Of a DNA stretch of 34,984 nt, positions 8,331 through 19,196 are shown in pieces. The stretch spans positions 1 through 34,984 of IMG/VR virus record IMGVR_UViG_3300027764_000002, one strand, 5' to 3'. The first letter of the stretch is position 1. Every line of letters starts with the position of its first letter. A model generated the notes under the pieces. That model saw only the letters and a list, made by a program, of their open reading frames with translations, was not told the DNA's origin and searched no databases. The position numbers and the translations under genes were made by a program. This DNA comes from a virus (Duplodnaviria; Caudoviricetes).

Positions 8331-11003
8331 TTAGCCTATTAATGTTTGTAATGCATCGGAAAAATCTATTATATCTGTATATTGAGATCCGTTTATTTTT
8401 ATTTTTGTAAATCTTACAGGCGGATACATTTGAACATCAAATTCTGTAAACAAAACTACAAAATTATTTGTGATTTGAAACGATTTTAAATTATTTTTTT
8501 CCGGATATTGTGGATAGGTTATTATATTGGTAAATGTATCATCTTCATTAACTACTAAATTTATTTCCATAAAATCGCCTTCAAACTTTTCTTCTAAAAC
8601 TAAATCTAATTCATTGTTGATCCAAGTATAGTCCATTTCTTTTATATAACCTTTTACTTGCCTTTGGTTATCAAGCCTAACACTAACATAACCTTTAACG
8701 TTTTGAACATCATCAATTAATTGAGTTGTAGTAGCAAAATCAGCATAAACTTTTACGGAATGAACTACCGGTGTTAGTATTTTTTGAGTTGCTATAATGC
8801 TATTTATAATATCATCGCTATCTACTAAAGGTTCTGTTTCTCCTACTTTTTGAGTTTTTAAAAGTCCGTTAGTTTTAAAAGAAGCTGTTTTAATAATGCC
8901 GTCTAACTTAAATTTAGTAGTTGTAGCTAAATAAGGATACCATTTTTCAATATTTCTTGCCCAATGGTAATCTAAATTAGAATAGTTTTCAGGGTTAGAA
9001 ACCCCTTCAATTAAAGTAAAAGTTTCGTTTGTTTGGTTTACAAAAGCAGTATTAGTAAAATACCAACGCATTTTAATTAAAGCATCTCCATTAAATGATG
9101 CTGTAACTCCACTAACTTGGTCTAAAGTTAATACAGAATTAGTTATGGCAAAAACAGTATAAGTTCCTATATTTTCTCCACTATCAATAAAAAACTGACT
9201 TCCAACCCCAAAACCTAATAGATTCCAATTAAAATTAACACCATCACCATCAGTATTGTTATTTAAAATTTCTACGTTACCGTTATCTAAAACTCGCATT
9301 AATAAAATAGCACTAAACCCGCCTTCTGTATTAGGCGCTAAATTAACGCACTTTAATAGAAATAAATTGTCGTCATTCTCTAATGCTTTACTTTGCTCAT
9401 TATCAAACGCCCTTCTTCTTGCTTCTTCAATTAAGAAAGCACTTCTGATATGATTAATCTCGACTTTTAAATTACTATCTACAGTATCTGTAATGTATTT
9501 TTGTGTTTCAGTATGTACATCGTCAATAGTATTTTGCCTATTTGTAGCACGTTCATCACTTGATCTTTTATATTTAAAATCTGCAGTTTTTAAACTATAC
9601 CTTTTATTAAATCTTTCTTGTAAATTAAAACTTGGTATTTCTTCAAAAACATTCATTTCAATATCTTGATAATAGTCTTTGTAAGGTAATAATTCTACAG
9701 AAGTAGGGTTTATTTGAATATCTGAACAAGTTTCATCAGCAAAGTTCATTAAGTCTTTAAACTTATTATTAAATGGTTTATCTGTAATTTGGCCTAATAA
9801 CAAACCGTTAAAAGCAAAGTTATTATAGTGTTCCCCGTTTACATTGTATTCAGGTGCAATAAAATTAACATCAGCTAAAGATTCAGTATTATGTTTTGCT
9901 AAATCAAATAATCTTATTCCTTTAACAACTGTATCAATTGCTGTCGAAGTAGATATAATATTTGTCGTACTTACTCTAACTTCCCCTTGAATATCGCAAT
10001 CAACTCCACCAAAAACAAGCCAATAAAGCCAAATACTATCCCCTACTCCAATAAAATCAATATTATGTTCAAACTCTTGACTTAAAACAACTGTTTTTTC
10101 AGTTCCGCTTACAAAAGTATCATTATAAAGTACAATTCTTTTTGGATTAGGGGTTGCATCAAAAGTATCTCCAAAAATAAGATATAAAGCTACAACACCC
10201 GGACCTTCAATAGCGCCTTGTGTAACATTATATGTCATATCTATTTTATGTTTGACATTGATTTGAGATAAATTTGTTTGAGCTCTTATTATTCTAAAAT
10301 TAGCAAATTCAGGAGTTAAACCGCCTGGAGAATATTCTATATTGCTAAAAAAAGTTAAAGTTGCATCTATTTCTGATTTAGTTATTTGTTGAGCAAAATT
10401 AAATCCTGTAAGAGCTTTTGATGGTTCGTTGCTATCTGAAAAATAACCAATTCCGGCATTTACCCATTCACTAGACTGCACTATTGGCTTTGCTCTTAAA
10501 AGTATATTAGTAGTTGCGCAAGGCGTAATAGTTCTGCCGTCTAAAGCAGTATCATTAAATGCGTTTATATCTGTATCTTCTAATCGTTTAATTATTTCTC
10601 TATTAGTGTTTTGAATTATTTTAACTTTTATATTGTCAAACTCTATAACTGAAGTAGAATAGCTAAAAATACCAATACTAAAAAGTATTCCGTCTTGTTC
10701 TAAAATATATTCAACTTTGCCTTCCCAACCTTCATTATTAAAAATGTCGATTAAATAATCAAAACCTAAAGAAGCGTTATTTATTATTTTTCCGTCAGGT
10801 AATACTTGTTCAGTCACTAGATCTTCAAAAAATTGTCTAGTAAAAGTTAATTCAGTATCTTCGTTAGCAATTATAATATCTCTGCCAAATCTTTTATCAT
10901 CTTGCTTTACTTTATAAGAAGCGCCATCAAAACCTATTGGTTCTGAAATCTCTATTGTACCAACGTTTGGTAATGTTATGAAATTTAGATAGTGTTTAAA
11001 CAT
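8331..11003 (-). CDS. Large tail tip/hub protein (890 aa)
   Basis: Immediately downstream of the tape measure gene; size and composition. Confidence 0.65.
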   Translation of the reverse strand: MFKHYLNFITLPNVGTIEISEPIGFDGASYKVKQDDKRFGRDIIIANEDTELTFTRQFFEDLVTEQVLPDGKIINNASLGFDYLIDIFNNEGWEGKVEYILEQDGILFSIGIFSYSTSVIEFDNIKVKIIQNTNREIIKRLEDTDINAFNDTALDGRTITPCATTNILLRAKPIVQSSEWVNAGIGYFSDSNEPSKALTGFNFAQQITKSEIDATLTFFSNIEYSPGGLTPEFANFRIIRAQTNLSQINVKHKIDMTYNVTQGAIEGPGVVALYLIFGDTFDATPNPKRIVLYNDTFVSGTEKTVVLSQEFEHNIDFIGVGDSIWLYWLVFGGVDCDIQGEVRVSTTNIISTSTAIDTVVKGIRLFDLAKHNTESLADVNFIAPEYNVNGEHYNNFAFNGLLLGQITDKPFNNKFKDLMNFADETCSDIQINPTSVELLPYKDYYQDIEMNVFEEIPSFNLQERFNKRYSLKTADFKYKRSSDERATNRQNTIDDVHTETQKYITDTVDSNLKVEINHIRSAFLIEEARRRAFDNEQSKALENDDNLFLLKCVNLAPNTEGGFSAILLMRVLDNGNVEILNNNTDGDGVNFNWNLLGFGVGSQFFIDSGENIGTYTVFAITNSVLTLDQVSGVTASFNGDALIKMRWYFTNTAFVNQTNETFTLIEGVSNPENYSNLDYHWARNIEKWYPYLATTTKFKLDGIIKTASFKTNGLLKTQKVGETEPLVDSDDIINSIIATQKILTPVVHSVKVYADFATTTQLIDDVQNVKGYVSVRLDNQRQVKGYIKEMDYTWINNELDLVLEEKFEGDFMEINLVVNEDDTFTNIITYPQYPEKNNLKSFQITNNFVVLFTEFDVQMYPPVRFTKIKINGSQYTDIIDFSDALQTLIG

Positions 11004-13548
11004 TAAATCCTTTATAAGTTAAAACGTTATTTAATAATTGTTTTTCTTCTGCTTGTTTTCTTTGATAAATTCTATAACCCCTAGCATCTTTAACTGCTTT
11101 AAAACTTTCTTTATTAGCTATTGTAGAAGCTAAATTATCTAATTTATCTGCTATTATTTTAGTATCTGTATTAATTTCTATTTTAGGCATTGAAATACCG
11201 TTATTTGTTAAAATAGAATTAAGACCTTGATCAAACATCATTGCTGACTTTTCTGCAGTAAATACTTTATCGCCTTTAGATAACATTGTTAATTGAGCAC
11301 CTTTATCACTTCCTGTTGATTTAATTTTACCGTATTTATCTGTTATAATTTCAGCACCTTTTTCTTGCGTCCAAGCTAAACCACCTTCTGCGTTATCAGT
11401 ACCTTTGTAATATTGTGGTATTTGTTGTGATGCTACCATTGCTATCTGTGCAGCACCTAATGCTGCAATAATTGCTAGAAATCCTGTTCCAAATGGTAAA
11501 GGAGTTGCAGCTAATTGAGCAACTAACGCTTGTGCTGTATCAATAGCAATATTAAATATAGCTTGTTGTTGTTTTGCTTTAGCTTCTCGTCTTGCTATTT
11601 GCTTTCTTTTTTGCTCATATTGTTCTTGTATTTCATTCCTAGCACTTGCACTTTCTCCGGCAAACAAAATAGCTACATCTCTTTCTTGTTCTAGTCTTGC
11701 GTATTGAGCATCATAATTTTGCTGTTGTGTTTCCGCTATTGAGTTAAATACATTTTGAGCAACGTCTCCTATTGCTTGAAAAGTAATAGCAAACTTTTCT
11801 TGTAAAGTATCAGCACCTTCTAATAAATTATCAAAAGTGCTTTTTCCGTGAATATCAAAATCAGTAAACATTTTTAAAGAAGCCAACCCAATACTATCTA
11901 ATGATTTTTCAATATAACCACTAGATAATGTTTTTACATATTCATTTGTAGCGTCTCTTAATTTATACCAAGCATAAACATCAGCAAAAACTTCTTCGTC
12001 TGTTAAGGCAATGCCTTCTTGAACTTCTTTCATTGTTTCTGTAAGACCTTTATAAATAGTTTCAAGTAACTTAATTTGCCCACCTAAAACTTCATAAGTT
12101 GTACTACTTCTATCAATCATTTGTTGTTCTGTTTTTAAAGCAGAAATAGTGTCTTGCAACGCTTTTAAGGAACTAATATCCGCATCTCTTTTTTCTTCTT
12201 TAGCTTTAGTTGCTTTTTTAGTTTTACCTGTTTCTTCAACAACAGCACCTAGATATTTAGAATTAGCATTATATTGGGCAATATAAAATTTAATACTTTC
12301 TTGAATAGTATTGTTTTTGTCTTTGTATTGTTCTTTTAAAGTTCCTTCTAAATAAAATAATCTACTTAATTGTAAACTTAATTCTTCGTACTTAACTTTT
12401 AAATCTTCGTTTTTAGTAAAAGGATCAATAGCAGAAATTTGTTTACCTAAATCAACTCTCTTTTTTTGAATATCATTAAGTTGATCCGTTATCCACTTTT
12501 CATTTTTTAAACTATTATTAATTTCTTCTTGTATTAATTGTTGAGAAGATAAAGCAATTCCTCTTTTAATTAAAGCCTCGTTTAATTTTTCTTCTGCAAC
12601 TGCAGTATCTCCGGCTAATATTTGTTCTTTACTTAAATTACCTAAATAGTCAGGATAACGTGCTTGTAATTCTGTAACTGCTTTTGTTCTTTGAGCCATA
12701 GAAAGACTTAAATTTTGAGCATCTTCTAAAAGTAACTTTGATTTACTTAATTCGTCACTTTGGTAACTAGCTAATTTGTTTCTTGCTTCATCTTCTATTT
12801 TTGACTTTTCTACTAATGCTTCTTTTGCCTTTGTTATAGCTTCTGTTTCTAAACCAAAAGTGTCTTGAACTATTTTTAATCCCGATATGTAACTAAACAA
12901 CGGGTCAAGTGCTAAACCAAATATACCGGCTATACCAATTCCGGGCAATATGTATGCTAATTGTCTAACACTAGAAAATACTTTTTGAAAGCCATTAACT
13001 AAACCGTTTGAATAGTTACCTACGTTTCTTTGAAAATCTCCAACTACATTATCAGCAGACTTAATACGACCGCCTAAATCGTTAGCGTCTTTTACTGCTT
13101 GTAATGTTTTAGGGTGTGCTTCTCCTAAAGCAATAGCGTAATCTTTAGCTTGTTTTTTAAGTATTAGTAATTGTGCTGAAGCCTTTGCGTAAGCACCACC
13201 AAGTAAAGTATTTGCCCTTACTTGACGGTCTGTTTCTGCTCTTAAAATTTGTTGTGCTACTGAATTTTCTCTAGTAGCATTTCTTTGCCCTACACTACTT
13301 GAAGTAACTTTTTGTTGCGTAGTTGCTAAAGCATTTAATTGTTGTTGTAACTTTTGAATAGTTGCTCTTTGCGCATCATAATCAGCAGTTAATTTTTTAA
13401 TAGCACTATCTGATCCGCTAGGTGTTTTAACGCTTATCATATTATTATTGACATCTTTAACAGAAGCAATAGTTTTTAATAATTCTGCGTTTACTTCTTG
13501 TAGTTGCTTTAAAGCACTAGGTGAAACTACTTCTAAAAATTCACTCAT
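10996..13548 (-). CDS. Tail tape measure protein (850 aa)
   Basis: Ala/Gln/Lys-rich helical protein, FQRNVGNY motif, hydrophobic segments, C-terminal IPQYYKGT..GG.A...EKGAE motif. Confidence 0.9.
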   Translation of the reverse strand: MSEFLEVVSPSALKQLQEVNAELLKTIASVKDVNNNMISVKTPSGSDSAIKKLTADYDAQRATIQKLQQQLNALATTQQKVTSSSVGQRNATRENSVAQQILRAETDRQVRANTLLGGAYAKASAQLLILKKQAKDYAIALGEAHPKTLQAVKDANDLGGRIKSADNVVGDFQRNVGNYSNGLVNGFQKVFSSVRQLAYILPGIGIAGIFGLALDPLFSYISGLKIVQDTFGLETEAITKAKEALVEKSKIEDEARNKLASYQSDELSKSKLLLEDAQNLSLSMAQRTKAVTELQARYPDYLGNLSKEQILAGDTAVAEEKLNEALIKRGIALSSQQLIQEEINNSLKNEKWITDQLNDIQKKRVDLGKQISAIDPFTKNEDLKVKYEELSLQLSRLFYLEGTLKEQYKDKNNTIQESIKFYIAQYNANSKYLGAVVEETGKTKKATKAKEEKRDADISSLKALQDTISALKTEQQMIDRSSTTYEVLGGQIKLLETIYKGLTETMKEVQEGIALTDEEVFADVYAWYKLRDATNEYVKTLSSGYIEKSLDSIGLASLKMFTDFDIHGKSTFDNLLEGADTLQEKFAITFQAIGDVAQNVFNSIAETQQQNYDAQYARLEQERDVAILFAGESASARNEIQEQYEQKRKQIARREAKAKQQQAIFNIAIDTAQALVAQLAATPLPFGTGFLAIIAALGAAQIAMVASQQIPQYYKGTDNAEGGLAWTQEKGAEIITDKYGKIKSTGSDKGAQLTMLSKGDKVFTAEKSAMMFDQGLNSILTNNGISMPKIEINTDTKIIADKLDNLASTIANKESFKAVKDARGYRIYQRKQAEEKQLLNNVLTYKGFNV

Positions 13549-14138
13549 TATTTTTTCTTATTATTATTTTCAACTACTCTTTTAGCTTGTTTTTCGTATG
13601 AAATATATTTATCTAACATAATACCGTCGTTAATATTCCTTCCTATAACTTGTTCCATATTTACAATATTATCTTCGTAATCAAATGCTTTTTGTTGGCT
13701 TTTTTTACTCATTGATTCATAAGTCATTTTAGCCATTGTTAAATCATTTTGAATACCACCTAAATCAATACTTAAAATTCTTTGAACTTCTTCTATAAAG
13801 GTAATATTTTTATCAATTAAAATATCATAACCTTTATTTAAAGCGTCAATAAAATCTGACCTCATTTGCTCTGTTGTACGGTTATATAAATAAAAATGTA
13901 AGGCTTGCTTTAAATATGCAATTTTATGCTCTAAAAACGCTATTTCCTTTGTTATTTTTAAATATGCATTAGCCTCTGCGTTATCTGATTTAATAAAAAA
14001 ATCATCATAAATAACTATAAAAATATCTTCTAAACCTTTTTCTCTAGGTTTAGGCTTTAATAGTTGATAATTCTTTGTGTGTAATATCTCAAAGAAAACT
14101 TTAGCCGGTATCGTATCTATTGAATTGTATTTAGGCAA
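13548..14138 (-). CDS. Hypothetical protein, possible tail assembly chaperone (196 aa)
   Basis: Directly upstream of the tape measure gene. Confidence 0.45.
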   Translation of the reverse strand: MPKYNSIDTIPAKVFFEILHTKNYQLLKPKPREKGLEDIFIVIYDDFFIKSDNAEANAYLKITKEIAFLEHKIAYLKQALHFYLYNRTTEQMRSDFIDALNKGYDILIDKNITFIEEVQRILSIDLGGIQNDLTMAKMTYESMSKKSQQKAFDYEDNIVNMEQVIGRNINDGIMLDKYISYEKQAKRVVENNNKKK

Positions 14139-14577
14139 TTTTATAATCTTTTTTAATTTTATAAACTAATGTAAACTTGTAAATATCATTTTGACGTTTT
14201 AAAAACGTTTCTTCATTTAAACCTAAAATATCTAAACCGTATCTTCCAACTAAATTATGAACATCATTCATTCCGAATATAAAACCCCTTTCTTTAGTTC
14301 CTTTTTGAACAAATAAACTTCTTGCTGTTTGTCTAGTATAAAGTAAATCTACGTGTCCGTTTGCTAAAGGGTTTAATCTTTCTTTAAAAATAGCATATTC
14401 TGCATCTCTATAATTACCTATTAAAGTATTATTTGGTCTTAAACCTTTTTCCCATTCATAAACCTTTTCTTCTTTAAGCGTCTTTTGGTCGCTTAACACT
14501 ATTTCGCTTACTAATTGTTCTATCGTCGATTGATTTAGTAACGGTTGTAATCTCATTTGGTATTCCGTTGGACTCAT
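14131..14577 (-). CDS. Putative tail completion/neck protein
   Basis: Y...K...NP...GHVDLLYT motif resembling phage virion morphogenesis proteins; likely start ATG 14577. Confidence 0.5.
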   Translation of the reverse strand: MSPTEYQMRLQPLLNQSTIEQLVSEIVLSDQKTLKEEKVYEWEKGLRPNNTLIGNYRDAEYAIFKERLNPLANGHVDLLYTRQTARSLFVQKGTKERGFIFGMNDVHNLVGRYGLDILGLNEETFLKRQNDIYKFTLVYKIKKDYKIA

Positions 14578-14767
14578 TTTTTTTATTTTTACCACAATCT
14601 AAACATTTACATTCTTTGCTTATTTTAGGGTTTTCTATAAAATCCTTAATTAAACTTTCGTTTGTTTGGCTTGTGTGAGTTAAAATCCATTCTTTCTTTT
14701 GATCTTTGCATAACTTTAACCATTGCTGTGCATCATTCCCAAATATTTGTTTGTCGAATATTTCCAT
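14474..14767 (-). CDS. Hypothetical protein following the major tail gene (97 aa)
   Basis: ATG 14767 after the terminator; CKCLDC motif; overlaps the next gene by 104 nt. Confidence 0.55.
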   Translation of the reverse strand: MEIFDKQIFGNDAQQWLKLCKDQKKEWILTHTSQTNESLIKDFIENPKISKECKCLDCGKNKKNESNGIPNEITTVTKSIDDRTISKRNSVKRPKDA

Positions 14768-14778
14768 AATTATTTTAT

Positions 14779-14812
14779 AAAAAAAGAGCAACTAAAATTA
14801 ATTAATTGCTCT
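14779..14812 (-). terminator. Intrinsic terminator after the major tail gene
   Basis: AGAGCAATTAA-loop-TTAGTTGCTCT followed by a T-run on the minus strand. Confidence 0.75.
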
Positions 14813-14835
14813 CATTCTGTTTAACCTATTTTGTT

Positions 14836-15762
14836 TTATGCTACCGGTGTGATAGCTGCAGTAACCCCTTTGTAATATTTAGAAGCAATAACTGCTACGT
14901 CAACTACATTTGTAGCATCGTAAAGTTGTACAACTAAACTTTGTGCCGTTGTAAGCGTTGTAGTTGGTGTAAAACTCCATTCTTCTGTAGTTCCGTTGTA
15001 ACTTAAAGATAATGCTGTAATTACGTCTACAGTTCCGTTAATAGTAAATCTTAAGTTTGCAATAGCAATACCTGATAAATTACTAGCTTGGTTCATTGCA
15101 AATTTAGCTTTGAAGTAAACTTTAGCTTCTGAAACATCAGCACGACCGGTCATAACAATATCAGTAATTGGGAACAAGTTATTAGCGTTAAAGCCTAAAT
15201 TTGTTCTATCAATTACCGCAGTATCTAGGTTGTATTCTGTTGTGCTTGTAAGTTGAACTACTGTATTTACATAACCACTTACACTTCCATCAGTATGGAA
15301 ATAAGTATTAGTATTTAACATTCCTAAAGAATAACCACTAAAAGTATTTCCATCGATAACCCCTGAAATACTACCATCTTCAAAAACTAATAATAGTTTA
15401 TAAGATTGAAAGCTATTCATAGAGAATAATGCTCTAGCAAACGCCCATCCTTTAAGGAATTTAAAAGTAAACATTGGTAATCCATTACGAACAACAGACA
15501 TAATACCACCTTGATATTCTTCTGTAGTTGCTTCCGGAGTTCCGTTTACTACTTCAACCGCACCTAAAATTGGCACAAACGTACCTACTTGAATTAAATC
15601 ATTAACAGTTGCTAAATCTAAAGTATCAGTAGTTGTATCAATGCTCCAAGCCGGATCAACTGCTAACATTCCTGTTATACGTCCGTTTTGAACAATACAA
15701 TCAGGAACTCCCAAGTTCTTTGTAGATGTACTACAATTTTTTTGATTTATTAAAACACTCAT
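14836..15762 (-). CDS. Major tail (tube) protein (308 aa)
   Basis: Position after head-tail genes, size, followed by a terminator as expected for an abundant protein. Confidence 0.7.
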   Translation of the reverse strand: MSVLINQKNCSTSTKNLGVPDCIVQNGRITGMLAVDPAWSIDTTTDTLDLATVNDLIQVGTFVPILGAVEVVNGTPEATTEEYQGGIMSVVRNGLPMFTFKFLKGWAFARALFSMNSFQSYKLLLVFEDGSISGVIDGNTFSGYSLGMLNTNTYFHTDGSVSGYVNTVVQLTSTTEYNLDTAVIDRTNLGFNANNLFPITDIVMTGRADVSEAKVYFKAKFAMNQASNLSGIAIANLRFTINGTVDVITALSLSYNGTTEEWSFTPTTTLTTAQSLVVQLYDATNVVDVAVIASKYYKGVTAAITPVA

Positions 15763-15774
15763 TTTTTATGTTTT

Positions 15775-16284
15775 TTAATTATTAAATATATTTTGATTAA
15801 TACAACTTGATATGCCACTAAATGTAATTTCAGTATCTAAAACAATAGCATTACATACATAAACTAAACTTTGATCTACTTCACGCATTGAATAATTCTT
15901 TACTCTTTGCGTTTTAAACTCATTATCTTTATACCTACTAATTCCACTATTATTTAATGCTATTAATAGATTATCACATATTGGTTGCAATATTAATTTG
16001 TAATCGTATTCGTGTTGGTATGGGTTAAATTCGCTTGGTAATTGGCTTTCATTTAAAATAACTAACCTTGCGTTTCTTGTTACGTTAGGCTCTCTTAAAT
16101 CATTTGTATCAGTTCCTTCAACTAACCATATTAAAGGAAAACTTAATTTACCGTTCATAGTAAGATAATTTGCTAAAACGGTTTCTGTTCCCCATCCAAA
16201 ATTTATAGAAGAAGTTATATCTCCAACTGTAACACTTGGTAGTATTTCTACAATTCTAGCAATTTGATCTTCAAAAACTATCAT
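15775..16284 (-). CDS. Putative tail terminator / head-tail joining protein
   Basis: FPLIWL motif; directly upstream of the major tail gene. Confidence 0.55.
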   Translation of the reverse strand: MIVFEDQIARIVEILPSVTVGDITSSINFGWGTETVLANYLTMNGKLSFPLIWLVEGTDTNDLREPNVTRNARLVILNESQLPSEFNPYQHEYDYKLILQPICDNLLIALNNSGISRYKDNEFKTQRVKNYSMREVDQSLVYVCNAIVLDTEITFSGISSCINQNIFNN

Positions 16285-16919
16285 ATTCCGAATGAATTTT
16301 GATTATCATAAACCCTAAATGTATCTATGTTTAAGTTAGGGAAATCTTCTGCTTTATCAAGTAGATAGGTATACAAAGAAACATTAATATCACTGTTAAT
16401 TCCAAACCAATCAATAAACTGACCGTCATTGTAAATAATAGGCTCGTTTAAATATGCGTTTTGATATTGAGTAATGAAATTATTATTTGCGCTTGCTATT
16501 TTGTATCTAGGACTTACTAAAGTTGATTTTTCCGGATTCCCTTGCGTGTTACCAACACCGGTTAACCTTTCGTTAGTTTGAGTTAAAAATACTTCATAAA
16601 TTCTATAGGCTATTAATGAATAATCATTATCTAAACCCGCCCATATTTTACCGTCGTATTCTTCGCCTTGCACTAACTTTTTATAAGAAGCGTATAGCGG
16701 ATTATCAATATCCGCTAACGCTAATTGTAGTTCATTATAAGTTGCTAAACCTAATGCGTTTAATAAAATTGATTTTTCTATTCTTGCACATAATAAAGTT
16801 AATGCCGTTGCATTATTCGGAGTTTGTAATGCCGGATTGGCAACTACAACTTCCACGCTTAACGGAATGTTTAAATCATTTGCTTTTTGAAAGTATGTTA
16901 AATCAATTATCTGTGGCAT
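16281..16919 (-). CDS. Putative head-tail connector (adaptor) protein
   Basis: Position after the capsid gene; 212 aa. Confidence 0.55.
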   Translation of the reverse strand: MPQIIDLTYFQKANDLNIPLSVEVVVANPALQTPNNATALTLLCARIEKSILLNALGLATYNELQLALADIDNPLYASYKKLVQGEEYDGKIWAGLDNDYSLIAYRIYEVFLTQTNERLTGVGNTQGNPEKSTLVSPRYKIASANNNFITQYQNAYLNEPIIYNDGQFIDWFGINSDINVSLYTYLLDKAEDFPNLNIDTFRVYDNQNSFGI

Positions 16920-17044
16920 TATTTTTCGGTTTTAACTTCTTTTTTTACCTTTTTATCTACGTATAAATGAGCATCTTGTTTAGCTACTCTAGTAGTTTTA
17001 CCGTTATAAGTAACTTCTACTGTTGTATCAAATAAATGACTCAT
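16919..17044 (-). CDS. Small basic protein after the capsid gene (41 aa)
   Basis: MSHLFDTTVEVTYNGKTTRVAKQDAHLYVDKKVKKEVKTEK; TAATG overlaps at both ends. Confidence 0.7.
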   Translation of the reverse strand: MSHLFDTTVEVTYNGKTTRVAKQDAHLYVDKKVKKEVKTEK

Positions 17045-18225
17045 TACGCTTTAGTTAATGCTGTAATTGCATCAGAGAAATCTCCGTATACAAATGCACC
17101 GTAATGATTTGATTTTACTCTTTGTACTAATCTAGCTTCAGCCAAGATTGTAACCAAGTTTTTAGTAAAGTCATCATTTTCGTAACCTACATTGATAGTC
17201 AATCCTTCTTTGAAACGAACTCCCGCTTTTTGGAAATCACCAACTAAAAATTTATCAATAGTAACACCTGTGTTAGCTACAACTCTAATTCCACTAATAA
17301 GAGTTCCATCAGAACCGATAAAAGGAGGCATTATGTATTGACCGGTAGTGTCTTTAGATAATTCCATTGCAGTAACATCAGTTGGATGTACAACGATATA
17401 AGTTGGCTCAAATAAATTAACTCTAACTTGGTTAATTGCAGTTCTTAATACATCCCATTTTGTTGGCGTTGGAATAGATAATGCAAAAGCACCCGCAGCC
17501 CAAGCAGTAGCGTTAGTAACAATACCCGTTAAGTTAACAGTTAAACCCGTACCGTTTAATAATTGATCATCAATTTTTAAGTTGATTAATTCAGTTAATT
17601 CTTGGTCAATTTCTGAACGCATTAAAGCAACATCGTCTAACATCTCTTTTGTAATTTTGATGTAAGCAGTTACTTTTTTAACGTTTGCAGAAGCAACAAC
17701 TAAATCAAAGTCGGCTTGAGATTTTGCAGCACCTTCAGCAGTCATTGCAGCACCACCGTCAGCGTTCTTTTGTTCAACCCATTCCCAAACGTTTGACATA
17801 ATAGTTCCAACGTTTACTAATTCTAATATAAAAGGGTTACGTCTTACAATTCTAGTAATACCGGCTTCTCTTTCTGCTTGTGGTATTTGACCTGTAATGT
17901 TTGTGCTTTCTGCCATTGTACCTGCAGCTTTCAAAGTAATTTGAACAGAAGCACCTGATTTTTCTTTCATTGCTTTCAATTCTTCTGCTTTTGCAGCTAA
18001 TAAAGTACCTAAACTTTCCGGAGTTCCGTTTGGAACACTTTTAGTTTCAAGTTCTAATACTTTTAAAGCAACTTCTTCAATGTTAGCTTTCAATGTAGCT
18101 ACATTGTTACCTTTAGTTTCTAAATCTTGTACTTTTGACATTAACTCAATAAGTTCTACTTTAGTACAACTTTCTGTTTTGTAAGCGTCAATTTTTACGC
18201 CTAATTCTTTAATTAAATCTTCCAT
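17044..18225 (-). CDS. Major capsid protein, HK97 fold
   Basis: N-terminal coiled-coil delta domain, AEGAAK, LLNGTG..NLTGI, VGDF, DDFTKNLVTILAEARL. Confidence 0.95.
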   Translation of the reverse strand: MEDLIKELGVKIDAYKTESCTKVELIELMSKVQDLETKGNNVATLKANIEEVALKVLELETKSVPNGTPESLGTLLAAKAEELKAMKEKSGASVQITLKAAGTMAESTNITGQIPQAEREAGITRIVRRNPFILELVNVGTIMSNVWEWVEQKNADGGAAMTAEGAAKSQADFDLVVASANVKKVTAYIKITKEMLDDVALMRSEIDQELTELINLKIDDQLLNGTGLTVNLTGIVTNATAWAAGAFALSIPTPTKWDVLRTAINQVRVNLFEPTYIVVHPTDVTAMELSKDTTGQYIMPPFIGSDGTLISGIRVVANTGVTIDKFLVGDFQKAGVRFKEGLTINVGYENDDFTKNLVTILAEARLVQRVKSNHYGAFVYGDFSDAITALTKA

Positions 18226-19062
18226 TTAAAGTTTTTTTAATAATTGTTTTAATAATTGTTCTTCTTTGTCTTTTTGAAGTGATTGCTCGGCTTCAATATT
18301 TAAAGTGTCTTGCGACGGCTCTAATTCTTCTTTAGTTTCAAGTGTTGGCGTTGCTGAATTACTTCCCATTACAACTGCGCTACCTTCAACTATTTTAGCT
18401 TCTTTAACTACCCAAAAGTAACCCATTTCATCTGCTACTTCTTTATTAGCTATTGTTGGATAAACTTGATCCCATAAATCTTTATATTCTCTATCGTATT
18501 CTGCTTCTGTGTTAATTGCTAACTCCATTTGCACATATCTCATTCCTACGCTATGATTTTTAACCCAACCGTTAGCGTATTGCTTTAACATAAAACCATT
18601 TCTTAAACGGTCAATAGTACTTTCAAATATTAACGCTTCTGTAGTTCCATTATAAGGCAAACCTAATTGTTTCCAATTCATTTGCATAACTGAACCTTTA
18701 GCACTATCTGAAATAACTTTGTCAAAATCTCTTTGATGTTCTTGTAAATGCAAAAAAGTTTTATTATCTGCTACCGATTTATTCCATATACCGTTAACGT
18801 GTACGTCTCCGTGACTATCTAAAAAGTTAGTTGTATTAATTACTACCTTTACATCAAGTGTATCAGGCAAATCAGCACTTGCAATAGCTTTATCAATTGA
18901 GTTTTTAGATACAGTTTCAACATAACCATAAGAAATAGCATCTGCATTTTTAGTTACTGACTTCTTAATAGATATTAATTCCTTTTTATTAGCAATAAGT
19001 TCTTTAAACAATTCTTCTTTGCTATTAAATTCTTTATTTGGAAACTCTTTAACTGTTATCAT
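18226..19062 (-). CDS. Prohead maturation protease
   Basis: DSHGD, HLQEH, NHSVG, EGSAV..GSN..TP motifs; between portal and capsid genes. Confidence 0.85.
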   Translation of the reverse strand: MITVKEFPNKEFNSKEELFKELIANKKELISIKKSVTKNADAISYGYVETVSKNSIDKAIASADLPDTLDVKVVINTTNFLDSHGDVHVNGIWNKSVADNKTFLHLQEHQRDFDKVISDSAKGSVMQMNWKQLGLPYNGTTEALIFESTIDRLRNGFMLKQYANGWVKNHSVGMRYVQMELAINTEAEYDREYKDLWDQVYPTIANKEVADEMGYFWVVKEAKIVEGSAVVMGSNSATPTLETKEELEPSQDTLNIEAEQSLQKDKEEQLLKQLLKKL

Positions 19063-19196
19063 TTTCTAACTATTTTGTTATTTGAAACTGCTTTATTCTT
19101 TGCTTGAATAGAAGCGTAAAGACTAGGATTTTCTTTTTTAATCTTTTCTAAATCTATTTGCTTATTAATTTGCTGTAAATTTAATTTAGTACTCAT
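19059..19196 (-). CDS. Small basic protein (45 aa)
   Basis: MSTKLNLQQINKQIDLEKIKKENPSLYASIQAKNKAVSNNKIVRK; ATGA overlaps at both ends. Confidence 0.65.
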   Translation of the reverse strand: MSTKLNLQQINKQIDLEKIKKENPSLYASIQAKNKAVSNNKIVRK

